The position numbers were made by a program, and so were the translations under genes. Shown one piece after another: positions 1 to 11,772 of a DNA stretch of 64,000 bases. The DNA lies in the NCBI GenBank assembly GCA_944390365.1, contig CALXPW010000001.1:57907-121906 (forward strand), read 5' to 3'. Position 1 is the stretch's first letter, and every line of letters starts with the position of its first letter. The stretch comes from an uncultured Clostridia bacterium (GTDB taxonomy: Bacteria; Bacillota; Clostridia; TANB77; CAG-508). The notes under the pieces are model-generated. The model had not been told where the DNA came from and made no database searches. It saw only the letters and a program-made list of their open reading frames with translations.

Positions 1-180
1 CTAAAAAGACTAAGCCAAATTTGTGATATTCTAGGTATTACTGAAGGAAGTATTCTTAACGGTTCATCAAATAATTCTGACACTTATTTAGTTTCTGAAT
101 TTGATGATATATTGAAAAATACTACTCCAGAAAAACAAAAACTAATTTATAAAATTGCTAAAATTATAAATGAAGATTAA
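1..180 (+). CDS. 3' end (59 codons) of a gene that begins upstream of the window; product unknown
   Basis: Frame 1 is open from base 1 to TAA at 178-180 (...ICDILGITEGSILNG...KIAKIINED*). There is no start codon inside the window. Confidence 0.3.
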   Translation, partial: LKRLSQICDILGITEGSILNGSSNNSDTYLVSEFDDILKNTTPEKQKLIYKIAKIINED

Positions 181-368
181 TTTTACACGATTAGATTTTC
201 TTTAGAATAATAAAAAAAATATTACCTATAATAACATTATTATAAGTAATATTTTTTTACTTTTTTGTTGATATTATGTCGTTTTTATGATATGCTTATA
301 TATGCAGTATTATTATATAAGAAACACAATAATAATATAAATTATTGTTAGAATATGGAGGTTTTATT

Positions 369-2612
369 ATGGATTTTAAGCAATGGGAAGGCTTTAATAA
401 AGCCGGAGAATGGACAAAAGAAATAGATGTTAGAGGGTTTATCCAAGCTAACTACACACCTTATGAAGGCGATAGTAAATTCTTAAAAGGTGCCACAGAT
501 AAGACAAAAAAATTATGGAACAAGGTACTAGATCTTTATAAAAAAGAAAGAGAAAATGGTGGAGTTTTAGATGCAGATTGCAAAACACCTTCTTCTATAA
601 ATGCTTATGATGCAGGATATATAGATAAAGATTTAGAAGAAATAGTAGGTCTTCAAACCGATAGCCCTTTAAAAAGAGCAATTATGCCAAATGGTGGTAT
701 CAGAATAGTTGAGAAATCAGCTGAAGCTTATGGATTTAAGGTAGATCCAGAAACAGAATATATTTATCATAATTTAAGGAAAACACACAATGATGGTGTA
801 TTTGAGGTTTATACTCCAGACATAAGAGCTGCTAGAAGCTCTCACCTATTAACTGGTCTTCCAGATGGATATGGACGTGGAAGAATTATTGGTGATTACA
901 GAAGAGTTGCACTATATGGTGTAGACGCTTTAATCGCAGAGAAAAAAGTTGAACTTGAAATTTTAGATACTGATGAATTTACAGAGGAAATTATTAGAAA
1001 TCGTGAAGAAATTGGTGACCAAATCAAGGCGTTAAATGATTTAAAGGCAATGGCAGCAAAATATGGATTTGATATATCAGTTCCAGCATCAAATGCTAAA
1101 GAAGCTATTCAATGGTTATACTTTGGATATTTAGGTGCTGTAAAAGATCAAAACGGTGCAGCAATGAGTTTAGGAAGAACTTCTACTTTCTTAGATATTT
1201 TCATAGAAAGAGATTTACAAAATGGTAAATTAACAGAGGAGCAAGCACAAGAATTGATGGATCAATTTATTATAAAATTAAGATTAGTAAGATTCTTACG
1301 TGCACCAGAATACAACGAATTATTTAGTGGAGACCCAGTTTGGGTAACAGAAAGCATTGGTGGTATGGGTGTTGATGGTAGAACATTAGTTACTAAGAAC
1401 TCTTTCAGAGTACTTCATACTTTAGATAACTTAGGACCAGCTCCAGAACCAAACTTAACTGTATTGTGGTCAAATAATTTACCAAAAGGATTCAAAGATT
1501 ACTGTGCAGATATATCTATTAGAACTTCATCAATTCAATATGAAAATGATGATTTAATGAGAATTACTTTAGGTGATGACTATGGAATAGCTTGTTGTGT
1601 ATCTGCAATGAAAATAGGTAAACAAATGCAATTCTTTGGAGCTAGAGCAAATCTTGCAAAAACTCTACTTTATGCTATCAATGGTGGTAGAGATGAAAAC
1701 TCTGGAAAACAAGTTGCTCCAAAATATCAACCAATTACTTCTGAATACTTAGACTATGATGAAGTTATGGAAAAATTTGATGTAATGATGGATTATGTTG
1801 CAAAAATATACATTAAAGCATTAAATGCAATTCATTATATGCATGATAAATACTCTTATGAAGCATTAGAAATGGCTTTACACGATAGAGACGAAGACAT
1901 ATTAAGAACTATGGCATGTGGTATCGCTGGTTTATCAGTAGTAGCTGATTCACTTTCTGCAATAAAATATGCTAAAGTAAAAGTTATAAGAGATGAAACA
2001 GGTCTTGCTGTTGATTACCAAGTTGAAGGTGATTTCCCTAAATACGGAAATGATGATGACCGTGTAGACCAAATAGCTGTAGATGTTGTAAAATCATTCT
2101 TAAGAAAATTACAAAAACATCACACATATAGACATTCAAAACACACATTATCAATACTAACAATCACATCAAATGTTGTATATGGTAAAAACACAGGTAA
2201 TACACCTGATGGACGTAGAGCTGGAGAACCATTTGGACCAGGAGCAAACCCTCTACATGGAAGAGATTCTAACGGAGCTTTAGCTGTAATGAATACTATT
2301 GCAAAACTTCCTTATGAATATTCAGAAGATGGTATTTCATTTACCTTCTCAATAACACCAGCTGCTTTAGGTAAAGACGAAGAAACTAAAGTTAATAACT
2401 TAGTAAGTATGCTTGATGGATACTTTAAACAAACTGGACATCATATAAATGTAAACGTATTTAATAGAGAATTACTTATAGACGCCATGAATCATCCAGA
2501 AAATTACCCACAACTTACAATTCGTGTTTCTGGATATGCTGTTAACTTTATTAAATTAACAAGAGAACAACAATTAGATGTTATAAATAGAACTATTCAT
2601 GAAAGAATTTAG
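369..2612 (+). CDS. pflB: Formate C-acetyltransferase (pyruvate formate-lyase, glycyl-radical enzyme)
   Basis: The protein is 747 aa with the C-terminal glycyl-radical motif RVSGYAVNF and the Cys-Cys active site (IACCVSAMK). GGAGG lies 7 nt upstream of ATG 369, so the ORF-track start at 345 is an N-terminal overextension. Confidence 0.9.
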   Translation: MDFKQWEGFNKAGEWTKEIDVRGFIQANYTPYEGDSKFLKGATDKTKKLWNKVLDLYKKERENGGVLDADCKTPSSINAYDAGYIDKDLEEIVGLQTDSPLKRAIMPNGGIRIVEKSAEAYGFKVDPETEYIYHNLRKTHNDGVFEVYTPDIRAARSSHLLTGLPDGYGRGRIIGDYRRVALYGVDALIAEKKVELEILDTDEFTEEIIRNREEIGDQIKALNDLKAMAAKYGFDISVPASNAKEAIQWLYFGYLGAVKDQNGAAMSLGRTSTFLDIFIERDLQNGKLTEEQAQELMDQFIIKLRLVRFLRAPEYNELFSGDPVWVTESIGGMGVDGRTLVTKNSFRVLHTLDNLGPAPEPNLTVLWSNNLPKGFKDYCADISIRTSSIQYENDDLMRITLGDDYGIACCVSAMKIGKQMQFFGARANLAKTLLYAINGGRDENSGKQVAPKYQPITSEYLDYDEVMEKFDVMMDYVAKIYIKALNAIHYMHDKYSYEALEMALHDRDEDILRTMACGIAGLSVVADSLSAIKYAKVKVIRDETGLAVDYQVEGDFPKYGNDDDRVDQIAVDVVKSFLRKLQKHHTYRHSKHTLSILTITSNVVYGKNTGNTPDGRRAGEPFGPGANPLHGRDSNGALAVMNTIAKLPYEYSEDGISFTFSITPAALGKDEETKVNNLVSMLDGYFKQTGHHINVNVFNRELLIDAMNHPENYPQLTIRVSGYAVNFIKLTREQQLDVINRTIHERI

Positions 2613-2627
2613 TTCTTGGAGGAATTT

Positions 2628-3365
2628 ATGGTTGAACAAAACTCAAATAATCAAGTAAAAGCAAGGATTCATTCTTTTGAGTCTTTCGGTGCAGTAGATG
2701 GACCAGGCATTAGGTTTGTGGTATTTTTTCAAGGATGTGGACTTCGTTGCAAATACTGCCACAATAGAGATACTTGGGCTGTAAATGCAGGTTTAGAATA
2801 TACCTCAGATGAACTAATTGCAAAAATTTCGAGGTACAAAAATTATTTTACAGTATCTAACGGTGGGGTTACTCTTTCGGGAGGTGAACCACTTTTACAA
2901 CAGGATTTTTTACTTGAATTATTGCCTAAGTTAAAAAAATTAGGAATTCATACAACAATCGATACTTCAGGTAATTTTCCTCTTACTGATAAGATGAAAA
3001 AAATTATTGATTTAGCAGATTTATTTTTGCTTGATATTAAATGCATAAATGATGATATATGCAAGGATTTAGTGGGAGTTTCAAATAAACTTGAACTTAA
3101 ATTTGCAAAATATTTAAGTGATATAAATAAAGATGTATGGATAAGGCAAGTTTTGGTTCCTGGAATTACTGACCACGAAGAAGATTTACTTAAACTTAAA
3201 GATTTTCTAGCTACTCTAAGAAATGTAAAAAAAGTAGAAATACTTGCATATCACGATTTAGGTAGATTTAAGTGGGAAAATTTAGGTTGTAACTATGAAC
3301 TTGAAGATGTTCCTAATGCTACTACAGAAGATGTTTCTAGAGCGAAAAGAATATTAGGATTATAA
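2628..3365 (+). CDS. pflA: Pyruvate formate-lyase activating enzyme (radical SAM)
   Basis: The radical-SAM CxxxCxxC motif is present as CGLRCKYCHN. The gene is directly downstream of pflB, with GGAGG upstream of ATG 2628. Confidence 0.9.
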   Translation: MVEQNSNNQVKARIHSFESFGAVDGPGIRFVVFFQGCGLRCKYCHNRDTWAVNAGLEYTSDELIAKISRYKNYFTVSNGGVTLSGGEPLLQQDFLLELLPKLKKLGIHTTIDTSGNFPLTDKMKKIIDLADLFLLDIKCINDDICKDLVGVSNKLELKFAKYLSDINKDVWIRQVLVPGITDHEEDLLKLKDFLATLRNVKKVEILAYHDLGRFKWENLGCNYELEDVPNATTEDVSRAKRILGL

Positions 3366-3387
3366 TAAAGTATTTCAAATTTTACCA

Positions 3388-3428
3388 AAAGAAGACTTTA
3401 CAACAAATGTAAAGCCTTCTTTTTTTAT
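3388..3428 (+). terminator. Rho-independent terminator after pflA
   Basis: The sequence GAAGACTTTACA-acaaa-TGTAAAGCCTTC is followed by TTTTTTT. Confidence 0.7.
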
Positions 3429-3529
3429 TGCATAGAATTTTTCCAGAGTAACAAGATTAAACTTCCTTTGGCCGTGCGTATTTGCAAATCGAAACGCGCT
3501 ATAAAAGGCAAAGCCACTTTTCTTATAAC

Positions 3530-3793
3530 CTAGCAATATTTATCATAATCATTATAGCAACAACAAGTATCTTTTTGCTTATCTTTACTACATATTAAAT
3601 TTATAATTCTTAATATTAGTAATACTGCTAAAATAGCAATTATACCTATTAGTGCTCCTAAATTTAATATAACAATTATTGCAGTTAATGCTCCAATTAG
3701 TAATCCAATTGTAAATGCTAGTAAAGATGTTAAAATGCATATTATTAAATCTACACAACATTTCTCTTTTTTGCAACATTTATTTTGTGACAT
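3530..3793 (-). CDS. Small Cys-rich membrane protein (two predicted TM helices flanked by KCCKKEKCC and TCCCYNDYDKYC)
   Basis: An 87-codon ORF with a GGAGG-like RBS. Hydrophobic core. The cysteine clusters at both termini are seen directly in the translation. Confidence 0.45.
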   Translation of the reverse strand: MSQNKCCKKEKCCVDLIICILTSLLAFTIGLLIGALTAIIVILNLGALIGIIAILAVLLILRIINLICSKDKQKDTCCCYNDYDKYC

Positions 3794-3955
3794 AGTCTCT
3801 TACCTCCTAAGTAGTATTAAGTAATACTACCTAATATATATTATGTTATAATTCGACATTTATTTACAATTTTTCAATCTTTTATTGAATTACTAAACTA
3901 TATTTATATCAAGCAAAAAAGAGCAGACAGTTTTGTTTGCTCTTCTACTTTCTTA

Positions 3956-5128
3956 TTATCCAAATAATCCTCTCTTTTTAACAGGTGGTTGTTCATTCAT
4001 AGTTTTTGCAAGTTCTACCATTAAATCTCTTTGCTCTTTAGTAAGTTTCTTTGGAACTTGAACAAGTACAGTAAATACAAAGTTTCCTTGTGAGCCATTA
4101 TTTATATTCTTAAATCCTTTTCCTCGAATTGTAAACTTTGTTCCTGGCTGAGTTCCGTCTGGAATTCTATATATTTCCTTTGAGCCATCAACCATAGGTA
4201 TTTCCAAATCTGCTCCCAATGTAGCTTGTGTAAATGTTATTGGTACTTCACAAAGCACATCTTGACCTTTTCTTGTAAAGATGCTATGTCTTTTTATATG
4301 TATAGTTATATAAAGGTCTCCCTTGGCACCACCTTTTTCTCCTGGCTCTCCTTCGCATCTTAATACAATTGTTTGATTCTCATCAATACCTGCTGGAATC
4401 TTTACAGAAACACGCACTTGCTTTCTAACAATTCCTTTTCCCTTACACTCTACGCAAGGATCTGGAATAATTTCACCTGTTCCATTACAATTTGTACATG
4501 GTCTTACAGTTTGCATCTGTCCAAATATTGTTGTTTGTGTTTGCTTTATTTGACCAGTTCCATGGCACATTGAACACGTTTGCTTTTTAGTTCCAGGTCT
4601 TGCTCCTTCTCCATGACAAGTTGGGCAAGTTTCATTTCTTGTTAAATTTATCTGCTTTTCTGTTCCTAAAAAAGATTCTTCAAATGTAATATCCAAATTT
4701 GCTCTTAAATCAGCTCCCTGTTTTGGTCCGTTATTATGTCTAGTATTACTTCTTCCACCAAAGCCACCACTGAAAAATGAAGAGAAGATATCTCCTAAGT
4801 CGCCAAAATCACCAAATCCGTCAAATCCTCCTGAAGAGGAATATGAATAATAACCATTTCCTCCACCAAAAGGACCACCAGCTCCTCCTCCAAATCCTTG
4901 GCTTGGATCTGCTGTTCCAAATTGATCATACATTTTTCTTTTTTCAGGATTAGATAATACTTCATAAGCCTCATTTACTTCTTTAAACTTTGCCTCTGCT
5001 TCTTTTTTATTGTCTGGATTAGCATCTGGGTGATATTTTTTAGCAAGCTTTCTATATGCCTTTTTTAGTTCCTCATCGCTTACGTTTTTATCTACTCCCA
5101 ATATTTCATAATAATCCTTATTTGCCAT
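3956..5128 (-). CDS. dnaJ: Molecular chaperone DnaJ
   Basis: J-domain (YYEILGV...HPD), G/F-rich region and four CxxCxGxG zinc-finger repeats. The true start MANKDYY is at 5128 with a GGAGAG RBS; the ORF-track start at 5188 is an extension. Confidence 0.9.
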   Translation of the reverse strand: MANKDYYEILGVDKNVSDEELKKAYRKLAKKYHPDANPDNKKEAEAKFKEVNEAYEVLSNPEKRKMYDQFGTADPSQGFGGGAGGPFGGGNGYYSYSSSGGFDGFGDFGDLGDIFSSFFSGGFGGRSNTRHNNGPKQGADLRANLDITFEESFLGTEKQINLTRNETCPTCHGEGARPGTKKQTCSMCHGTGQIKQTQTTIFGQMQTVRPCTNCNGTGEIIPDPCVECKGKGIVRKQVRVSVKIPAGIDENQTIVLRCEGEPGEKGGAKGDLYITIHIKRHSIFTRKGQDVLCEVPITFTQATLGADLEIPMVDGSKEIYRIPDGTQPGTKFTIRGKGFKNINNGSQGNFVFTVLVQVPKKLTKEQRDLMVELAKTMNEQPPVKKRGLFG

Positions 5129-5214
5129 ATACTTCTCTCCTTCAAAAAGTCTTATTATCATAATGTTTGAGGTTGGAGTTTTTTCCAACCTCTAAACACA
5201 ATTATCTTGGAATC

Positions 5215-7182
<1,968 letters not shown>

Positions 7183-7203
7183 TTACTTATATAAAATTAA
7201 AAA

Positions 7204-7722
7204 CTAATTTGCTACAATAACCATAGAATGACGTATTACCTTATTACCTATCATATAACCCTTTCTATACTCTTGTACTATTTCTTTTTCTCCCTTAGAA
7301 GCATCTTGTACACTACTTACTGCCTCATGTAACTCTGGATCAAAAGTTTTTCCTACAGTTTCTATCTCTGTTACACCTCTTGCTGATAGTACATCTTTAA
7401 ATTGTTTTAATACAAGTTCTATTCCTTTTTTGTATTCCTCATCTTTTGTCTCAGCTTCTACTGCTTTCTCTAGGTTATCTAATATTGGTAAGAAGTTTGA
7501 AACAATGTCTGCTATAAGAGAATTGTACAATCCATCTCTTTCCTTTGTGTTTCTTTTTTTATAGTTATCAAACTCGGCTGCTACCCTTTTCAATCTGTCT
7601 TCAGTCTCGTCTATTTGTACTTTTTGACTTTCTATTTGCTTTTTTAACTCGATAATTTCATCGGCTTTTTTATTATTTTCCTTTTTTTCTGTATCTTGAA
7701 CCTCTTTTTCATCTTTTTCCAT
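7204..7722 (-). CDS. grpE: Nucleotide exchange factor GrpE
   Basis: 172 aa with an acidic coiled-coil N-terminus and a GrpE C-terminal domain. Sits between hrcA and dnaK. Confidence 0.85.
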   Translation of the reverse strand: MEKDEKEVQDTEKKENNKKADEIIELKKQIESQKVQIDETEDRLKRVAAEFDNYKKRNTKERDGLYNSLIADIVSNFLPILDNLEKAVEAETKDEEYKKGIELVLKQFKDVLSARGVTEIETVGKTFDPELHEAVSSVQDASKGEKEIVQEYRKGYMIGNKVIRHSMVIVAN

Positions 7723-7772
7723 TATCTTCTACCTCCGTTTTATTAACTATTTTACAAATTACTTGCCTTGCG

Positions 7773-8774
7773 TCATTCTCCATTAAGCTTTTTGCTAATA
7801 TATTTCATTACTGAAATAACTTTTGAATAATCCATTCTCGTTGGTCCTATAATTCCTATAGTACCTAAATCCTTGTTTTTATATCTATGTTTAAAAGTAA
7901 CTATACTAAAATCTTTAAGCTTTTCATTTTCGTTTTCATTTCCAATATATACGTTTATATCATTTGCGAATCCAGTATTTAATAAATCTGCTACTATTTC
8001 TTTTTGGTCTAATACATTTATAAAATTCTTAGCCACTTCTAAACTTTTAAATTCTGGCAAATCAAATGCTTTATTTGCTCCCTCTAAATATATTTCTTCT
8101 TCTTCGTTTATAGCCTTATTTAATTGCTCCATTATTGGCTTTATTACATTTAAGCTATAATTCATGTGTGAAAAAATATATTCTTCTAATGGTTTGTCTA
8201 TTTCATCTAAAGGCTTTCCTTTTAATTTGTTATTGAAGATAAAATTTAGAGTTTCTACTTGTTCATTTGTAATATCTTCATCAAATTTAATAATTGTTTC
8301 TTTTATTATTCCTGAATCTGTTAATATAACTGCCATTAGCATTCTAGTTCCCAAAAGCACAAATTTTATTTCTTGTATATTTTGTAATTGCGTTTTTGGA
8401 CCTATTGCAACTGTTGTGTAATGTGTTACTTCTGAAATGGTACTTGTAGCGATTTTGGTTAAATCCTCCATTTCGTTTACTTTATCCATCAACTTAGATT
8501 GAATATATTTTATTTCTGCTAAACTAATATTTTTATCGTTTAATAATTCATCTACATATAGCCTATACCCTTTAGCAGAAGGAACCCTACCACTTGAAGT
8601 ATGAGTTTTTTCTATGTAACCTACTCTTTCAAGTTCTGCCATTTCATTTCTTATAGTAGCACTACTGAAATCTAACCCATATCTTTTAGCAATACTTCCT
8701 GAACTTACTGGCTCTGCTGTATTTATATATTCTTCTATTATTGCTTGTAATATTTTCTTTTTTCTATTATCCAC
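7773..8774 (-). CDS. hrcA: Heat-inducible transcription repressor HrcA
   Basis: HrcA signature (ILQAIIEEYI...VSSGSIA...). The start is reassigned to GTG at 8774 (MDNRKKKILQAII), which has an AAGAAGGTG RBS. The ORF-track start at 8846 would place the CIRCE operator inside the coding sequence. Confidence 0.85.
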   Translation of the reverse strand: MDNRKKKILQAIIEEYINTAEPVSSGSIAKRYGLDFSSATIRNEMAELERVGYIEKTHTSSGRVPSAKGYRLYVDELLNDKNISLAEIKYIQSKLMDKVNEMEDLTKIATSTISEVTHYTTVAIGPKTQLQNIQEIKFVLLGTRMLMAVILTDSGIIKETIIKFDEDITNEQVETLNFIFNNKLKGKPLDEIDKPLEEYIFSHMNYSLNVIKPIMEQLNKAINEEEEIYLEGANKAFDLPEFKSLEVAKNFINVLDQKEIVADLLNTGFANDINVYIGNENENEKLKDFSIVTFKHRYKNKDLGTIGIIGPTRMDYSKVISVMKYISKKLNGE

Positions 8775-8788
8775 TTTTACACCTTCTT

Positions 8789-8815
8789 TTAGCACTTGTT
8801 CTTTTGGAGTGCTAA
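8789..8815 (-). promoter_or_regulatory. CIRCE operator (HrcA binding site): TTAGCACTC-N9-AAGTGCTAA
   Basis: Matches the CIRCE consensus TTAGCACTC-N9-GAGTGCTAA at 17 of 18 positions. Lies between the putative promoter (-35 TTGACT 8853..8848, -10 TAATAT 8830..8825) and the hrcA RBS. Confidence 0.8.
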
Positions 8816-8839
8816 ACTTTATATATATTATATCCATTT

Positions 8840-8866
8840 TTAGCAAAAGTCAATACTTATTGCTAA
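8840..8866. promoter_or_regulatory. Second, degenerate CIRCE-like palindrome (TTAGCAAAA-N9-TATTGCTAA) overlapping the -35 of the hrcA promoter
   Basis: Outer arms TTAGCA/TGCTAA are perfect but the inner CTC/GAG is lost. Its position overlaps the -35 hexamer. Confidence 0.35.
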
Positions 8867-8925
8867 TTTTAATTGTGAATTTTTTGTGAAAATCATTAAA
8901 TTTTTAATTTTTTTTCTAAAATCTA

Positions 8926-8954
8926 TTGACATATAACAAAAAATGCATTATACT
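8926..8954 (+). promoter_or_regulatory. Sigma-A-type promoter for the tRNA pair (TTGACA-N17-TATACT)
   Basis: Consensus -35 at 8926..8931 and -10 at 8949..8954 with a 17-nt spacer, about 18 nt upstream of tRNA-Met. Confidence 0.55.
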
Positions 8955-8972
8955 TTTAATTGCGTTTGAGAT

Positions 8973-9049
8973 GCGCCCTTAGCTCAGTTGGTTAGAGCAA
9001 CCGGCTCATAACCGGTAGGTCCAAGGTTCGAATCCTTGAGGGCGCACCA
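8973..9049 (+). tRNA. tRNA with CAU anticodon (elongator tRNA-Met, or lysidine-modified tRNA-Ile2)
   Basis: Cloverleaf read by eye: acceptor stem GCGCCCT/AGGGCGC, anticodon loop CUCAUAA, T-loop GGTTCGAATCC, 3' CCA. G1-C72 is paired, so this is not an initiator. Confidence 0.85.
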
Positions 9050-9091
9050 TTTTTATTAAATAGATTTTTCTATTTAGTAAATTTATATTTT

Positions 9092-9177
9092 GGGTAGGTG
9101 GCCGAGTGGCTAAAGGCGGCAGACTGTAAATCTGTTCTCATTTGAGTACGATGGTTCGAATCCATCCCTGCCCACCA
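9092..9177 (+). tRNA. tRNA-Tyr (GUA) with long variable arm
   Basis: Acceptor stem GGGTAGG/CCTGCCC, anticodon loop CUGUAAA, long variable arm, T-loop GGTTCGAATCC, 3' CCA. Confidence 0.85.
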
Positions 9178-9232
9178 ATAAAACAAGTTTTAACTTGTTT
9201 TATTTTTTTGCACTTATTGTTAAAACTTGTTC

Positions 9233-9553
9233 TTAGTGTGTGGGTGTATCAATCTCCACAATATCCCACACACTTATATTTTCTTCACCATCTATTTGAA
9301 TCCTCTTCTTTGTATAATCTATATTAGTTACAATTCCTATTTTTTCTATATATTTCTTATTTTTATAAAACTTAATCTTAGCCATTCTTCCCTTTTCTAG
9401 CCTATTTAAACTGTTCTCTAGTTCTTCATAACTATCTTCTGTAAGTTCTTTTTTATCTTCGTATTCTGTTTCTTTCTCTTTTAAAGCTTCTCTAAAGCCT
9501 GCTAAGGCATCAAAAGGTAAAAACTGTTTTGCTCTACTTACTCTACTTGCCAT
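9233..9553 (-). CDS. YolD-like protein (small partner of Y-family polymerases)
   Basis: 106 aa, located immediately downstream of the Y-family polymerase gene as in B. subtilis uvrX-yolD / yqjW-yqjX. Contains FLPFDALAGF. Assignment is partly by context. Confidence 0.5.
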   Translation of the reverse strand: MASRVSRAKQFLPFDALAGFREALKEKETEYEDKKELTEDSYEELENSLNRLEKGRMAKIKFYKNKKYIEKIGIVTNIDYTKKRIQIDGEENISVWDIVEIDTPTH

Positions 9554-9644
9554 TTTATAGCCCCCTTACAAAATTCATTCTCTTTTTGTTTTTCTTTTTG
9601 TATAATTCTAATTTAAATAGCCCGCTAAAGAATTATCTTTTATT

Positions 9645-10913
9645 TTACTCTCCACTATTGTGTCCACCAATAAGTGTATTTCTAACTAATGTTGTTGCAC
9701 CTTCTTGTAAATCCATTCCTCTTAAAATTTTATTTTTTCCCATTTCACTTTTTATTCTATTTATTACTAATTCTAATTTTCTTTCTTTATCTATCTTTTT
9801 TTGGTCTTTAAATAGATTTAGTTGCACATAATCATCTTCCCTTACATTTGCAAAACTAATACCTATTCGTCTTATTCCAATGTTTCTATTTGTAGTTCTA
9901 TCATAGAGCCTTAAAAAGGCACTTACTAAATCAGAATATACATTTGTATAATTATTAGTTCTTTCTGTGCCTCCTGTTGCAGGAATAACATCTTTAGAAT
10001 ATCCTATATATAGTTTTACTGTATCTGTAGATAAATTCTCGTCAATTAGGCGTAAACTACCTAATTCCACCATTTCTTTTAAAACTAATCTTGCTTTTTC
10101 AAAAGAATAATCTTCAAACAACACTTGACTATTGCTAATGCATCTTGCTTGTGGCTTGTATTTTTTTATATCTTCAATAGTACAACTTTCTCTGCCCCAC
10201 GAATGGTCTATTAAATATTCTGCATTAACTCCAAATTCTTTATATAATTTCTTTGGTTCTGCATTGGCCACATCATACATATCATATAATCGCAATTTGT
10301 TTAGTCTTCTTTCTATTCCGTGTCCAATTTGCCAAAAGTCTGTAAGTGGCTTGTGATGCCATAATTCTTTTTTATATTTTTCTTCATCTAAATATCCTAT
10401 ATTAGTAGCACTATGCTTTGCAGTAATGTCTAACGCAACTTTTGCTAGATACATATTAGTTCCAATTCCAGCAGTAGCCGTTATCCCATAATTTTTAAAT
10501 ACGTCTTTTATTATGGTTTTAGCAAGCTCTATTGGTGTTAATTTATACATTTTCAAATAGTTTGTAGCATCCATAAAGGCCTCATCTATCGAGTATACGT
10601 GAATATCTTCTTTTGAAAAGTATTTTAAGTAAATTGCATATATATTAGCAGAATATTCTATATATTTTTTCATTCGAGGAAGAGCTACAATGTATTGTAT
10701 ATTTTGTGGTATTTCATATATTCTGCATCTATTTCTTACTCCAAGCATTTTCATTTTTGGACTTACTGCTAAACATATTGCGCCCTTTCCTCTACTTGGA
10801 TCTGCAACTACCAAATTAGTGTTAAATGGGTCTAATTTTCTTTCTACACATTCAACAGATGCATAAAATGTTTTTAAATCAATACATAAATATATTCTTT
10901 GCATTTTTACCAC
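9645..10913 (-). CDS. Y-family translesion DNA polymerase (UmuC/DinB-like; UvrX/YqjW type)
   Basis: The N-terminus (IYLCIDLKTFYASVE) and the YSIDEAFMD palm motif are typical of the ImpB/MucB/SamB family. 422 aa. Confidence 0.85.
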   Translation of the reverse strand: MVKMQRIYLCIDLKTFYASVECVERKLDPFNTNLVVADPSRGKGAICLAVSPKMKMLGVRNRCRIYEIPQNIQYIVALPRMKKYIEYSANIYAIYLKYFSKEDIHVYSIDEAFMDATNYLKMYKLTPIELAKTIIKDVFKNYGITATAGIGTNMYLAKVALDITAKHSATNIGYLDEEKYKKELWHHKPLTDFWQIGHGIERRLNKLRLYDMYDVANAEPKKLYKEFGVNAEYLIDHSWGRESCTIEDIKKYKPQARCISNSQVLFEDYSFEKARLVLKEMVELGSLRLIDENLSTDTVKLYIGYSKDVIPATGGTERTNNYTNVYSDLVSAFLRLYDRTTNRNIGIRRIGISFANVREDDYVQLNLFKDQKKIDKERKLELVINRIKSEMGKNKILRGMDLQEGATTLVRNTLIGGHNSGE

Positions 10914-11035
10914 TATCCTTTTTGTATTTACTCATAATCATATTATACTATTTTGTTTTTAAAATGTAAACACTTGTTTGTGTTTTCGAATGTGGTAATT
11001 TTTTACATTATTAGATATTTTTTCCTTATTTTTTA

Positions 11036-11075
11036 ACGTTAAACGCCGTGGCGTAAACCACGGCGCTAACTTATG
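11036..11075 (-). terminator. GC-rich hairpin terminator downstream of the 11082..11354 gene
   Basis: CGCCGTGG-tttacg-CCACGGCG followed by a T-rich tract on the minus strand. Confidence 0.5.
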
Positions 11076-11081
11076 GAACGT

Positions 11082-11354
11082 TTATTTTACCCGGTGCTTT
11101 TCAATAAAATCTTTTGCGCACCATTCATGGTTTTCATTCTCATCTGCCCTATATGCTACAAAGCACATCAGGATAAAAATGAGTCCTGCCACCACCAAAG
11201 CTAATATACTTCCATTGTAGTAGAACAGATACAGGCAAAATGCCATGCCAATGATTGCCCCAATCATTGTTGCAAAAAATAAAATTTTCCGTCCCATTTT
11301 TTGTTCCTCCTTGAATTCACAAGTAGTTTTTGTACTAATAGCTATTGCTATCAA
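11082..11354 (-). CDS. Hypothetical small membrane protein (2 TM helices)
   Basis: 90 codons with GGAGG upstream of the start and a hydrophobic core. Confidence 0.4.
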   Translation of the reverse strand: MIAIAISTKTTCEFKEEQKMGRKILFFATMIGAIIGMAFCLYLFYYNGSILALVVAGLIFILMCFVAYRADENENHEWCAKDFIEKHRVK

Positions 11355-11500
11355 ACTATATTATATCACAATTTACATAATTTTACAATTTTTAAAATTG
11401 TATTTTTTAAAAAATTTTTCGAATATTTTTTTATTTTTTGTATACACTAATAATAGTCTTAAAATTTTACAGAGCAAAATCTGCTTAAGTGGAGGTTTTT

Positions 11501-11695
11501 ATGAAAATTATTGATAAAATAGCTCTTGTTTTAGTTGTAATTGGTGCTATTAACTGGGGATTAATTGGAATTTTTAACTTTAATTTAGTAGATGCCATAT
11601 TTGGAGCAATGTCTATTCTAAGTAGAATTATATATATATTAGTTGGTATATCAGGATTATGGTCAATTAGACTTTTATTTGTAGATTACGATTAA
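11501..11695 (+). CDS. DUF378-family small membrane protein
   Basis: MKIIDKIALVLVVIGAINWGLIG... is typical of DUF378. GGAGG lies 8 nt upstream of ATG 11501; the ORF-track start at 11489 is an extension. Confidence 0.6.
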   Translation: MKIIDKIALVLVVIGAINWGLIGIFNFNLVDAIFGAMSILSRIIYILVGISGLWSIRLLFVDYD

Positions 11696-11772
11696 AACAT
11701 AAATGCTAAATAAAAAAATAAAAGACGGAAAGTTTTAATTTCCATCTTTTATTTTTATAAACAAATATAATA

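Noticed and set aside
345-368. ORF-track N-terminal extensions of pflB (345), pflA (2616), dnaJ (5188), rpsF (24576), DUF378 (11489), serS (29034) and hrcA (8846)
   Set aside because: In each case a downstream ATG or GTG has a properly spaced GGAGG-type RBS and matches the conserved N-terminus of the family.
8840-8866. TTAGCAAAA-N9-TATTGCTAA as the primary CIRCE
   Set aside because: A much better CIRCE (17 of 18 match) sits at 8789..8815 in the canonical promoter-to-start position. The degenerate palindrome is kept only as a secondary observation.
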